From: an uncultured Chloroflexia bacterium
Lineage (GTDB): Bacteria; Chloroflexota; Anaerolineae; B4-G1; SLSP01
Assembly (NCBI GenBank): GCA_963751345.1
Contig: CAVVUS010000035.1
Coordinates: 1 to 33,674 of the forward strand
DNA length: 33,674 bases
Reading direction: 5' to 3'
The notes beneath the pieces are model-generated. The model was given only the letters and a program-made list of their open reading frames with translations, searched no databases and was not told the DNA's origin. How positions within the stretch are numbered: position 1 is the stretch's first letter; each line of letters opens with the position of its first letter. This document shows positions 16,738 through 26,807 of the stretch, in pieces. Both the position numbers and the translations under genes were made by a program.

Positions 16738-18986
16738 ATGGTTGTCGTCACTAATGTGGGAATCTTGACTTACGAGGAACGTATTGATCAGCTTCGCGAG
16801 ACGAAGCTGGCGCAGACGGCAGAGAAGCAGGAGCTCATCGGCTCGATGGATCACGATGACTGGGCCCTGATCTTGCCGCCTCCCGATCGACGTAAGATCG
16901 TGAAAGCGATGAGCACCTCAGGTATGCCCATCACGGACTGCTTGCTGGAGGGTTATGAGCCGAAGAGCAACCACCCCAGCGGCGGATTCTTTGGGCCAAA
17001 GGCTGTGGGTGAGAACTTTGGGGCTTTGCTGGAGGCCCACCCGGTCTATATCGACCCGGTAAGCTCGCTGGCAGGCGGGTATATGGTCAACTTTTCGTCC
17101 TACCGCAAGCCCGGCTGGAATCCGGACCTGGATGTCGCGACGATGCGGCCCGACCTCGCTGAGGCGCGTCAGACGTATCAGCTTCAGCCGGGCATCGGTG
17201 CCAGCCAGCACTTCTGCCAGGACCTGAAGATTGGTCTCGACCTGGGATGGGGGGGGCTGCTCGAGCAGATCCGCACCTATCGCGAGGCCAATGCGCCCCG
17301 TTCTGCCGATTTCTATGACGGCCTCGAGGCGATCGTGCTGGGTATGCAGGATTGGATCCAGCGGACGGCCGATGCGGCCTATGAGATGGCCGAGACCGAG
17401 GAGAATCCTCAGTTGCGGCAGAATCTCCTTGAGATTGCGGAGATGAATGCGCGGCTCGGTTACCGAGCCGCCCCAGACCTTCCGTGAGGCGTGCCAATGG
17501 ACCCTTTGGTATCAGATCACGGCCCGAATGTACAACGGCAGCGGCTCGCTCGGCCGCCTGGACGTGCTGCTGACTCCCTACTATGAGCGTGATATCGCCG
17601 ACGGTATCCTCACAGACGAGGAAGCGACCTTCCATATCGCCTGTCTGCTGCTCCGTGATACGGCCTACCTCCAGTTGGGTGGCCAGGATATCACCGGCAA
17701 GGATGTCACCAACACGGTCTCCTATCTGGTCTTGGAGGCTGCGCACCAGCTCAAGATCCCGGCGAACGTCGGTATCGCTGTAGGTGATGGCGTGGATCCG
17801 GGCTTGCTCAAGCGCGGTGTCGAGGTGATGTTCGAGGACAAGGCCGGTGTGCCGAAGTTCTTGGGCGTCGAGAGGACGGCCGAGGGTTTTGCCAAGAACG
17901 GCTACGACATCGGCCTGGGTTACGAGCGGGCCTACTCCGGTTGTCACTGGTCGGCGATTCCGGGTCGCGAGTACACGCTGAACGACTGCGTGAAGATCAA
18001 CTTCGCCGCCGTTTTCGAGGTGGCATGGAACGAGATGATGTCAGACCCCGATGTTGAGCCCAATGTGGCCAATCTCTGGGACCGCTTTGTCTATCACATG
18101 CGCAAGGGCGTGCGTGGCATCGCCGGCAGCCTCGATTTCCAGATCGATCATATGCACGAGGTCTTCCCTGAGCTCGTCCTCGACTTGCTCTCCTACGGTC
18201 CTGTTGAGAAGGGCGAGGATGCGTCGCACGGTGGCGTCGAGTTCTATAACCTCTGCCTCGATGGTGCTGCATTGGCCACGGTGGCTGACTCCTTCGCAGC
18301 ACTGGCGCAGCGTGTTGAGCAGGAAGGGCGCCTGACCTGGGAGCAGGTCGGGCAGTATATCGAGAACGACTGGGCCGGAACCGATGGGGAACGTGCGCGC
18401 CAGATGATGCACAGCATCCCCCGGTATGGTCACGGCGGGACGCTTGGCGACGAGTACGCCCGGCAGATTGTGGAAGTCTTCACCGACTTGGTGAAGGAAG
18501 CTCCCACGCCCAACGGCTACAACATGGTCCCTGGCCTCTTCTCGTGGGCCAACACGATCCCGATGGGTAAGAGTGTCGGCGCGACGCCGAACGGTCGCCA
18601 CGCAGGCGATGCGATCTCGCACGGTGCGAATCCGGACCCCGGCTATCGGAAGGACGGCGCTCCTACGGCGATGGCCGTCGCGATCGCGTCGGTGCAGCCC
18701 GGCTTTGGCAACACGGCCCCGATGCAGATGGAGTTGGATCCTTCGCTCTCAAAGGACGAGGGTGGGGTGGAAAGCGTCGCCGAACTGATCAAGACTCACT
18801 TTGACCTGGGCGGCACGCAGATCAACCTCAACATCATGGATGCCGCAGCAGGTGTTGGAGGCGCATAAGGACCCGTCCAAGTACCCCGACCTGGTGGTTC
18901 GGGTCACCGGGTTCAGTGCCTACTTCGCCAGTCTCTCACCCGAATTCCGCCAGTTGGTGGTCAATCGGATTCTGAAAGAGAATTAG
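16738..18986 (+). CDS. Glycyl radical enzyme (PFL-like family), about 748 aa, split by frameshifts near 17458 and 18845
   Basis: AGGAGG RBS; PPQTFREACQ, SLGRLD, Cys loop YSGCHWS, GATPNGR, C-terminal YPDLVVRVTGFSAYF glycyl motif. Three ORFs join by removing one base at each break. Confidence 0.9.
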
Positions 18987-19017
18987 CGGCGGCCGATCGG
19001 CCCGTCCTGTGAATGGA

Positions 19018-19047
19018 GGAGGGGGGATGCACATCCCCCCTCCTTTT
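19018..19047 (+). terminator. Intrinsic terminator between the convergent GRE and MFS genes
   Basis: GGAGGGGGGAT-GCAC-ATCCCCCCTCC followed by TTTT. Confidence 0.85.
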
Positions 19048-19055
19048 CGTATGCT

Positions 19056-20277
19056 TCAGTCCCGGTCGTCCCTGGGACGTTTGACCGTCTCCGGCACGTA
19101 TATGGCGACCACAACTGCGCCTAAGAGCGCGATAGCGCTGCCAACGATAAAGGGCAACTCGAGGGAAGGCTCCCACCAACAGCCCGGCGATGAGCGGCCC
19201 CAGTGCGACGCCAAGGCCAAATCCCATGGTGATGATGCTCATCTGTTGACCCTCCGCGCCTGCCTTTGCGAGGTCGGCAGCGAGGGCAAAACCGGGCGCA
19301 GCGATAGCGGCTGATGCGATGCCCTGGAACACGCGCAACACCATCAGTTGCCACGTGGTTTGTACCAGGCCGATCGGCGCCGTCGCAAGTGCCATCAGCA
19401 CCAGTCCCAGGATGATGAGCAGCTTGCGTCCGCGCCGATCTGAGAGTGTTCCTAGTGGAATCTGGAAGATGAGACGACTCACAAGGAGCGCCGTGAAGGC
19501 CAGCCCGAAGCTGACCGAGCCCTGGTTGAGCCGGGTGTTGAACTGCTGCTCCAGGGGCGTCAACATGGAGAAAGCATTTGCCATCGTGAAGGTGCCAAAG
19601 CCCAGTCCCAACATCCCTGGCGTTAGCAGGGCAGGGTTGATGAACCGTACGCGCCCCGACTGCTGCTTTTGTCGTGGCTGAGTTGGCGTGCCTTTGACCC
19701 ATACCTGCACCATCACGATCCCCACAAGGATGGCTGCTGCCCCCGCGTAGAAAGCTGCGTCAAAGCTGATGCGGTCGTACAAAAGGCCGCCGAGGGGTGG
19801 ACCGATGGAGAGCCCTACCATTCGCAGGGTGGTGTAGACGCCCATCGAGGCACCGCGGGTACGCTTCTCCGTCCCCGAGGCCAGGATGGCAATGGAGGCC
19901 GGGACGGTGAAGGCCAGGCCAATGCCCTGCACGGTGCGCATCAGTAGGAGATGCCAGAATTGCGTGGCGAATACAAACGCCACCGTGGCCAGACCTATCA
20001 GGAGTAACCCGCCCATGATGAAGGGCTTGCGCCGGCCAACCCGGTCTGAGAGCGCACCGGTGAAGGGCTGGAGCAATGAGTTCACCAACCCAAAGACGGA
20101 GATCAGGATCCCCGAGCGCAACGACTCGGAGACGGAAATCACGGGGGATGCCAGTTGGGCGACGTAGAGGGGTATGACGATGAACAGAATGCTGTTGCCC
20201 AGAGCATCACCCATCCGCGCGATGGAAAGGGCCAGTACTGTGCGATTGGCGCCAAGTCGATCCGCTAAGTCCTCCAC
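19056..20277 (-). CDS. MFS transporter, DHA1-like (frameshift near 19166)
   Basis: Motif A GALSDRVGRRKP and GTLSDRRGRK; GTG 20277 after GAAAGGAG. The last helix (SLELPFIVGSAIALLGAVVVAIYVPET) lies in another frame ending at TGA 19056. Confidence 0.85.
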
Positions 20278-20380
20278 CAGGACACTCCTTTCGTCACGAA
20301 ACTCGGCCGACTGCCCGCACAATCGCCAAGGCTACACGATACTCCTGCCGCAGTCCCGCCTGCGTAGGCTGCCTCGGTCG

Positions 20381-20445
20381 CACCGGTCTCTATGATGGGC
20401 TCCGTCGTACCGGAGCCCATCATGATTGTGTGAACCAGACCGGTG
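20381..20445. repeat. Intergenic stem-loop
   Basis: Perfect 13-bp stem ATGATGGGCTCCG/CGGAGCCCATCAT (20392-20423), plus outer CACCGGTCT/AGACCGGTG. Confidence 0.75.
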
Positions 20446-20557
20446 TCTGCCTATCTATCTGTGAATCTAGTCTAGCGCGACAGGGCGGTGTTTCAAGTTG
20501 GACATGCGTTGGGGTGCCGCCGGATCGGGTCGCGTTACTCGCCGATGCCGGGTCTCC

Positions 20558-21523
20558 TCACGAGCTCTCGCCGTCCAAGACCTTCATCGCCATCTGGATG
20601 GGTGCCCACGCAGCCAATTGGCCCGGTCTTACCTGGCCCCAGGTCGTGCAGAGATAACCCATCATCCGCGGGTTCTGTTTGTGCGCCAACGCAGCGTCCA
20701 GCAACAGCCCGGTCGCTTCCACATTCTTCCACCCACCGGGCAGAACGGGGAATCCATTCTCAAGGAATATGCCAATCGACGGATAGCTGTCCATCACCTC
20801 ATAGTGCCAGTCGCAAATGATGATGTCTTTGGGAACCAGATCGATGGCAGGGGCCGTCCCGTTGGCCGCGGCCTCCCACTTTCCGTAACCTGTGGTGTCG
20901 GCGTCCAGCAGGCGGTCGCCCCACATCAGCATCTCGACGTGACGCTCGCCCGCCAGATAGGCGTAGTAGTCGTTGACTGCCTGTGCAAAGATCTCGGCCG
21001 GATTGTGTCCCCGGCAGCGCGGGCAGTGCTCCGACCCGATGAGGAAGACCTCATCCATGCCGACGTGCAGGGCGTCGGCATCGAATGCTTCCAGCAGTTC
21101 GTCGAAGAGATCGAAGACCACGCGGTTGACCTCAGGGTGGTTGGGACACCAGCTCCGGCAGTAGATGTCCTCGTTGCCGGGGTACTGCCCCGGTGTCTCA
21201 TCGAACTCCGGGTATTCGACCAGGAGCGGAAAAGTCTTCTCCGCCCATGACTGGTGCCCCAGGCACTGGAACTGGGGAATGAGGCGAATACTGAGGTCGC
21301 GGCACGCTCTGACCAGCCGCTGTGCTCGATCCGGTGTGATGGGATCCTCGCCGCGCAACTCCGGATGTGATTCAAACGCGAACTGGTAGTTGACTTCGGG
21401 AATCAGGAGATTGAGCCCCATCTCGGCCAGCGAAGGCAGCTCGCCGACCAGAGCTTCCACTTCCGCATCATGTCCCAGCCCCAGATGAATGCCTCGCCAT
21501 AGCTCACGTCTTGCGTTCGTCAT
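20558..21523 (-). CDS. GH20-like beta-N-acetylhexosaminidase (catalytic domain only)
   Basis: RGIHL, LIPQFQCLGH, HVGMDEV catalytic DE pair, MWGD, DWHY; GGAGG RBS. Confidence 0.82.
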   Translation of the reverse strand: MTNARRELWRGIHLGLGHDAEVEALVGELPSLAEMGLNLLIPEVNYQFAFESHPELRGEDPITPDRAQRLVRACRDLSIRLIPQFQCLGHQSWAEKTFPLLVEYPEFDETPGQYPGNEDIYCRSWCPNHPEVNRVVFDLFDELLEAFDADALHVGMDEVFLIGSEHCPRCRGHNPAEIFAQAVNDYYAYLAGERHVEMLMWGDRLLDADTTGYGKWEAAANGTAPAIDLVPKDIIICDWHYEVMDSYPSIGIFLENGFPVLPGGWKNVEATGLLLDAALAHKQNPRMMGYLCTTWGQVRPGQLAAWAPIQMAMKVLDGESS

Positions 21524-21544
21524 GATGACCTCCGGATCTGTCCG

Positions 21545-24002
21545 CTAACCCTGCGGCTTGTACACGAGGTGCTTGTAAGGTATCTCACCTGCCTCCACTT
21601 CCACAAACGGCTTGCCGTCCTTCACGCCGACCGTGCCGTAGCCGGTCGCCGTCGACAGAAAGGCACGGAAGTCGCCGGAGATGCGAGGCGCCAGATAGAG
21701 TGTTTCCTCGACCGCGTCGTACCGCGCGCCGGTCAGCCCCTGTAGCATGCCATAGCTGGCCAGGGCACGCCCGTACCAGTGACCACATTCGTACTCGTCA
21801 AAGGGGTTGCGGTCGCGGCCGTCATAGCGGCTGCGCAGGACGCGCACGATCTCCAACCCCGCTTCGACTTCGCCGAGCAGCATCAGGTGGGCGGCAACCT
21901 GGTATTCGATGCCGGTCCAGACCTCGTCGCTGTAGACGAAGGGCAGAGACAGCGCATCGCCGTGTGGCCATGTGCACAACAACAGACCCCCTTCGTGGCC
22001 CAGCGCGAAGGTCGGGCGCTGCGGGTTGGCATGCGCTGCTTCCGCAAGGTCGCGCTTGAGATTGTAGGTGTGCACTGACTTCAGATGGTCGCGCACCTGT
22101 GCTGAGTTCAGGAAATCGCCTATGCCACAGACTGCGGCAATCCACGCCCCTAACACACCATCGGAGAGACAGCCCTTGCCATATTGATACTTGGGTCCCT
22201 CTCTCCGTAGTAGGTCTGCAGCTTCGGGCGAATAGTTGACATTCCAGGCCTGGCCCTGCGTGGGGTCGGCGGCCCGCAGACCCTCCCACTGGATCTGCTG
22301 GATGAAGTACTCGCCGTTCCATAGATCCTGCTCCATGTAGGCGACGCCCTTCTGCAGCAGCTCGGCGTAGAGGGGAACAGAATCTCCTAGCACCTCGCCC
22401 ATCAGGACAGCGGCCTTCAGCGCACCAAGATAGAAGGAGGTACACATGCCGTCGGGGCCCCAGAACTCGATGTCGTAGGTGTTGTGGTGCGGCTCGACGA
22501 GGACGCCCTGGTGCCCGGGATCCCAGGTCTCGATGCAGTAGTCGAGGCTCTGCTTGACCTTGGGCCAGAACCGCCGCAGCCACAGCTCGTCCCCGCTGAT
22601 CCGCCACTCGCGGTAGACCTTCATGATGCCGCCCAGTTGCCCGTCGGCGGCGGCGTGGAAGTCGTGGTCCGGCGGGCGGATCGGCAAACTGGCGCGGAAG
22701 GTCTGGTGCCCGCTGTTCGCCCTGGTCGACGAAGAACTCGGTGTACCGCAGCGATCGCTCCAGCTCCGGGAAGAGGTGGGGGATCGCCTGGGCGTAGTTC
22801 CAAACGTGCGTGCAGGAGCCGTGGCAGCAGCCGGACGTGTCGGAGCAGCCCTCCCAGTTCCAGAGCCTGCCGTCGGTCTGGCGCTGGATGGTGGGTGACT
22901 TGAGGATGCCCAGGTTGGCGGCGATGGCCTCGACGACTTCAGCGGGCAACGTGGTGTCGTAGAATGCCTCGGTGAAAGTCTGGGTGCGGCTGCGCAGATC
23001 GGTGTAGTGGCTGCGCCAGTAGGCAGTGACCGCATCGATACCGTCGAAGACGCCTGCGTACCAGGGCGTGTGGTTGCTACTGCAGTCGCAACACGACGGG
23101 CAGTCCGCGTCGTCGTGGCCGAGGCGCACGTCGGTGTGGGGTACGTGCCAGGCCAGGCGCAACACCAGCGTCCGGCTCTCACCGGGGGCTAGACGCAGCG
23201 GCACGTAGAGGCTCCCGCCGGGGCTCGGCGCGCCCTCGGTGATGGGTGCGCCCTCCGGCGTCTCGCCCGCGGCGATGGACTTCCAGATGATGGTCAGGGG
23301 ATCGAACCAGCCGCCACGGAACCACGCGCAGTTGACCTTGGTGCCGGGGTCGTCGACCGTCGCGCTGAAGGCGCCCTCTTCCCAGGGCTTCTCGTCGCTC
23401 CCCGGCTGCCAGAGGACAAAGCCCCCGTCAGCCTGTCGCACCGCGTCGTCCGCCGGCGTCTCGCCGCTCTGGCCAGAGCGCTTCATGAAGTTACGGGCGT
23501 GGAAGGAGAAGACGGCCTCCACGGGCGCGCGCGTGGGGTTGCTGAAGCGATACTCCACGGCGGCGACGGGCAGGCTGCTGGCATCGGCGTCGCCGGGGAC
23601 GAAGGGGCTCCACCCGGTGAGTTCTACCTCCAGGGGCACTCTGAGCGCTCGTCGTGCAGTTGGACGGTTCCGAACGGAAAGCGTGCGGCAAAGGTCGCCT
23701 CTGTAAAGCGCGGCAGCCCGTAGTCGGTGCCGCCGAGGCCGTTGCCCGCCTGAGGCAGCGTGAAGACCTTCCAGCGGGGCACCGGCCCCTCAAGGACGCG
23801 CGCTACGTTCTGCTCGCCCTTGACGCAGAGCGCGGCGAACATCAGGGGTTCGTTGAGCAGCTCCGGCTTGCCGCGGAGCGAGACGTGTGAGAGCGCCCCG
23901 CCGCCCTCCAGGCAGAGCATCCCCGCACCCATTCCGCCCATGGGGAAGGCGACGTGGTTGAGGTGTTCGGTCGGAATACGAGCCGTTGTAGCCGTGAGCC
24001 AT
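21545..24002 (-). CDS. GH116 glycosidase (non-lysosomal glucosylceramidase family), frameshifts near 23969, 23640 and 22715
   Basis: AFPMGGMGAG N-terminus, WEGC...HVWNY, AADGQLG, HNTYD, EVWTGIEY, ECGHWYGRA; GAAGGAGG RBS before ATG 24002; four ORF pieces are collinear. Confidence 0.88.
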
Positions 24003-24193
24003 GGTGCCTCCTTCGTTTCACTTATCGACAGTCATATGTTCGCGATTCTACTTGTACCTTGGCGCGATGCTCCACAGTCTAGTGCGACCGTCGAAAAGTC
24101 AACAGATCGCTGCCCGGTGGCGGCAGTTCAGCCCAGGATTGGCAGCCGATACGATACCGGCGAGCAAACTTGTGCGCCAGGGCCCGGACAGCT

Positions 24194-24223
24194 TTGTGCG
24201 CTTGTGTCGAATCGTTCTATAAT
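24194..24223 (+). promoter_or_regulatory. Possible sigma70 promoter for the methyltransferase-GH3-kinase operon
   Basis: TTGTGC (24194-24199), 18-nt spacer, TATAAT (24218-24223). Confidence 0.4.
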
Positions 24224-24381
24224 GGTCAGCGGTGGCACTGTTCGCTCGGCTACCAAGGTCCGAGTTTGCGGGGATGCGTGCCGACAACGGCCCCGCGCTT
24301 CTCAGGACCCACCAGGAGACCGATCCTCACCCGCGTTGTTGACATACTGTATCAGCGCCTGGAGAACACCGGCAGAGAGAG

Positions 24382-25116
24382 ATGGGAATGAGTGACAGTG
24401 TCGTCGAGGCCTTTACGCAACTTGCCCCACGTTACGAGAAGACGATGGATCGAGAGCTCAGATTCATGTGGGGGCTTCACTACCGGGATTTCATCCATCG
24501 ACTCGTCCAAGGTGTAGAGATCAGGGAGGGCGATAGAGTTCTTGATCTCGCGACGGGGACAGCGGTCATCCCGTTGAGTCTTGACGCTGAGACTGGTGTC
24601 AGTGTGCGGACGGTAGGGCTAGATATCACACCGGCTATGCTGCAGACCGGCGCGCACAGTATCAGGCAGGCGAGAACAACGTCGCAGATCGATCTTGTCT
24701 GTGGCTCTGCGATGCAGGTACCCCTGGCTAGCCATGCCTCGGACGTGGTGATATGCGGGCTCGGTATGCACCATCTCGATGTTGATCGAGCGCTCGCTGA
24801 GATTCGACGCGTGCTCACGGAAGAAGGCCGACTGGTCCTGGCGGCTGCAGGTGTGCCAGCACTGTGGCGTTCGTGGTGGGGTAACTTGATTGTCTCAGGG
24901 GTGATTCGGACCATCTATTTGCTCACCCACGGCGGTCCAAGGGCACAGGCCGAGGCGGATGCCCTCGGTCATATCTACACGCGAGAGGAGTGGTACGATA
25001 AGCTTACGTCTCTCGGATTCGAAGGCATCGAGATCGTGGAGGTCCCTTCACGCCTCAGATGGGGCCCAATCGCCCTATTCATGAAGGCACGTCTGGCAAG
25101 CACTGTTTCGCAGTAG
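24382..25116 (+). CDS. Class I SAM-dependent methyltransferase (UbiE-like)
   Basis: VLDLATGTA motif I, VGLDITPAML, LAEIRRVL; start is ATG 24382 or 24388. Confidence 0.88.
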   Translation: MGMSDSVVEAFTQLAPRYEKTMDRELRFMWGLHYRDFIHRLVQGVEIREGDRVLDLATGTAVIPLSLDAETGVSVRTVGLDITPAMLQTGAHSIRQARTTSQIDLVCGSAMQVPLASHASDVVICGLGMHHLDVDRALAEIRRVLTEEGRLVLAAAGVPALWRSWWGNLIVSGVIRTIYLLTHGGPRAQAEADALGHIYTREEWYDKLTSLGFEGIEIVEVPSRLRWGPIALFMKARLASTVSQ

Positions 25117-25162
25117 ACTCTGTCGTGCAATCAGCGACTTTACCCATAGGAGGAGACACTAT

Positions 25163-26752
25163 ATGGCGACAGCATTCGAACTCTACACGCAGGGCCAGTA
25201 CGAGGAAATCTGGAAGAAGTATTGCGGCTTCATTGATCTTGAGCTGGATCAGTTCATGCGCATCCAGGCGAGGTTACTGGAGGAGCAGCTAGAACTCCTG
25301 GCCAATTCGCGCATTGGGCTGGAGTTGTGTGGTGGCACTGTTCCCCGGAGCGTGGAGGAGTTCCGCGCCTCTGTTCCGCTCACGACATATGTGGATTATG
25401 CTGCATACTTCGATGATCAGCGAGAGGACGCGCTTCCCGCTAAGCCCCGATGGTGGCTCCACACGTCGGGACGTTCCGGTGAGTACAAATTCAAGCTGGT
25501 GCCCTACACACCGCAGATGGTACGGCGACTGGGCGAGGCGGTAACGACGTTGTTCATCTTCGCTTCGTGCTCCGGGCGTGGCGATTTCCCGTTCGAACCA
25601 GGGGACCGAATGCTCTACACGATGGCGCCCTTCCCCTACATGTCGGGCGGGGTAGCCCGCGCGGTCCTGGAGGAGTTCCCCTTCGCGATGCTTCCACCAT
25701 TGGAGCAGGCCGAGGAGATGGACTTCGAGACGAGGATTGAGCGCGGACTTGAATTGGCGCTGAAAGACGGGATGGATGCGTTCAATGCCATTGCCGTCAT
25801 CCTGGTGAAGATCGGTGAGCGATTCGCCGAAGGTGCAGGGCGCAAAAAGCTCTCGTCGACCATGATCCATCCGAAGGTACTGGCCAGACTGCTCAGGGGC
25901 TGGGTGAGAGCGCGGCTCGACGGCAGAAAGTCACTGTTTCCCAAGGACTTATGGTCTGTTAAGGGGGTGGCTACCGGGGGCACCGATACACAGGTGTTCA
26001 AGGAGAAGATCAAGGAGATGTGGGGTAGGGAGCCCATCGAGGCATATGGCTGTACCGAAGGGGGGGTCTTCGCCCTGCAGAACTGGGAGGGCGGAGCTAT
26101 GACCCTGGTGCCGGATATGGATTTCCTCGAATTCATGCCTGCCGACGAACGCGAGAAGAATGAGACGGACCCCTCCTATCAGCCCCGCACTTTGCTGCTT
26201 GATGAGGTCGAGGCCGGCGGCATCTATGAGGTCGTGCTCACCAACTTCTACGGCGGCGCCTACATCCGATACCGAACCGGCGATCTCCTCCAAGTTACCG
26301 CTCTCCAGGATGTCGGGACCGGTATCAAGCTGCCGCAATTCATGTTCTACGCCAAATCCCACGACATCATTGACCTGGGATCGTTCTGCCGTCTTACGGA
26401 ACGCACCATCTGGCAGGCGATCGAGGAAGCCGGCGTTCCCTATGTCGATTGGTTCGCAATGAAATCGTATAGCGAGAATGCCCCATTCCTGGAACTGCAC
26501 ATCGAGTTCACGAATGGGGCCGATCTGGTGCAGACCCAGCAGCTGATCCATCGCAACCTCTGTGCGTTGGACCAGCCCTATGCCGATCTCCAGACCATGC
26601 TAGGCGTACAGCCTCTGAGGATCGCAGCGTTGTCACCGGGAGCCTTCAGACGGTATCGCGAGACCCAACAGGAGCGAGGCGCTGACCTGGCTCATCTGAA
26701 GCCCCCTCATATGATCCCCTCGGATGCTCAGATGGAGCTCTTGCTCAACTGA
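25163..26752 (+). CDS. GH3 (auxin-responsive family) acyl-acid amido synthetase-like adenylating enzyme
   Basis: EEFRASVPLTTYVDY, P-loop HTSGRSGEYK, YGCTEG, EVVLTNFYGG, RYRTGD; AGGAG RBS. Confidence 0.85.
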   Translation: MATAFELYTQGQYEEIWKKYCGFIDLELDQFMRIQARLLEEQLELLANSRIGLELCGGTVPRSVEEFRASVPLTTYVDYAAYFDDQREDALPAKPRWWLHTSGRSGEYKFKLVPYTPQMVRRLGEAVTTLFIFASCSGRGDFPFEPGDRMLYTMAPFPYMSGGVARAVLEEFPFAMLPPLEQAEEMDFETRIERGLELALKDGMDAFNAIAVILVKIGERFAEGAGRKKLSSTMIHPKVLARLLRGWVRARLDGRKSLFPKDLWSVKGVATGGTDTQVFKEKIKEMWGREPIEAYGCTEGGVFALQNWEGGAMTLVPDMDFLEFMPADEREKNETDPSYQPRTLLLDEVEAGGIYEVVLTNFYGGAYIRYRTGDLLQVTALQDVGTGIKLPQFMFYAKSHDIIDLGSFCRLTERTIWQAIEEAGVPYVDWFAMKSYSENAPFLELHIEFTNGADLVQTQQLIHRNLCALDQPYADLQTMLGVQPLRIAALSPGAFRRYRETQQERGADLAHLKPPHMIPSDAQMELLLN

Positions 26753-26807
26753 CACGAGGGTAGAAAGAGAGCTGCATCCGTGGATGTGGCGCTGAGGGTA
26801 TTGTGAG

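Noticed and set aside
17440-18870. Programmed frameshifting in the GRE or other split genes
   Set aside because: No slippery heptamers at the breaks, and similar indels occur in many unrelated genes.
16738-18986. Calling the GRE pflB or cutC
   Set aside because: The Cys loop lacks the CC pair of PFL and the GCVE motif; no activase or microcompartment genes nearby.
24169-24209. TTGTG(C/T) repeats as response-regulator boxes
   Set aside because: Short and irregularly spaced; could arise by chance.
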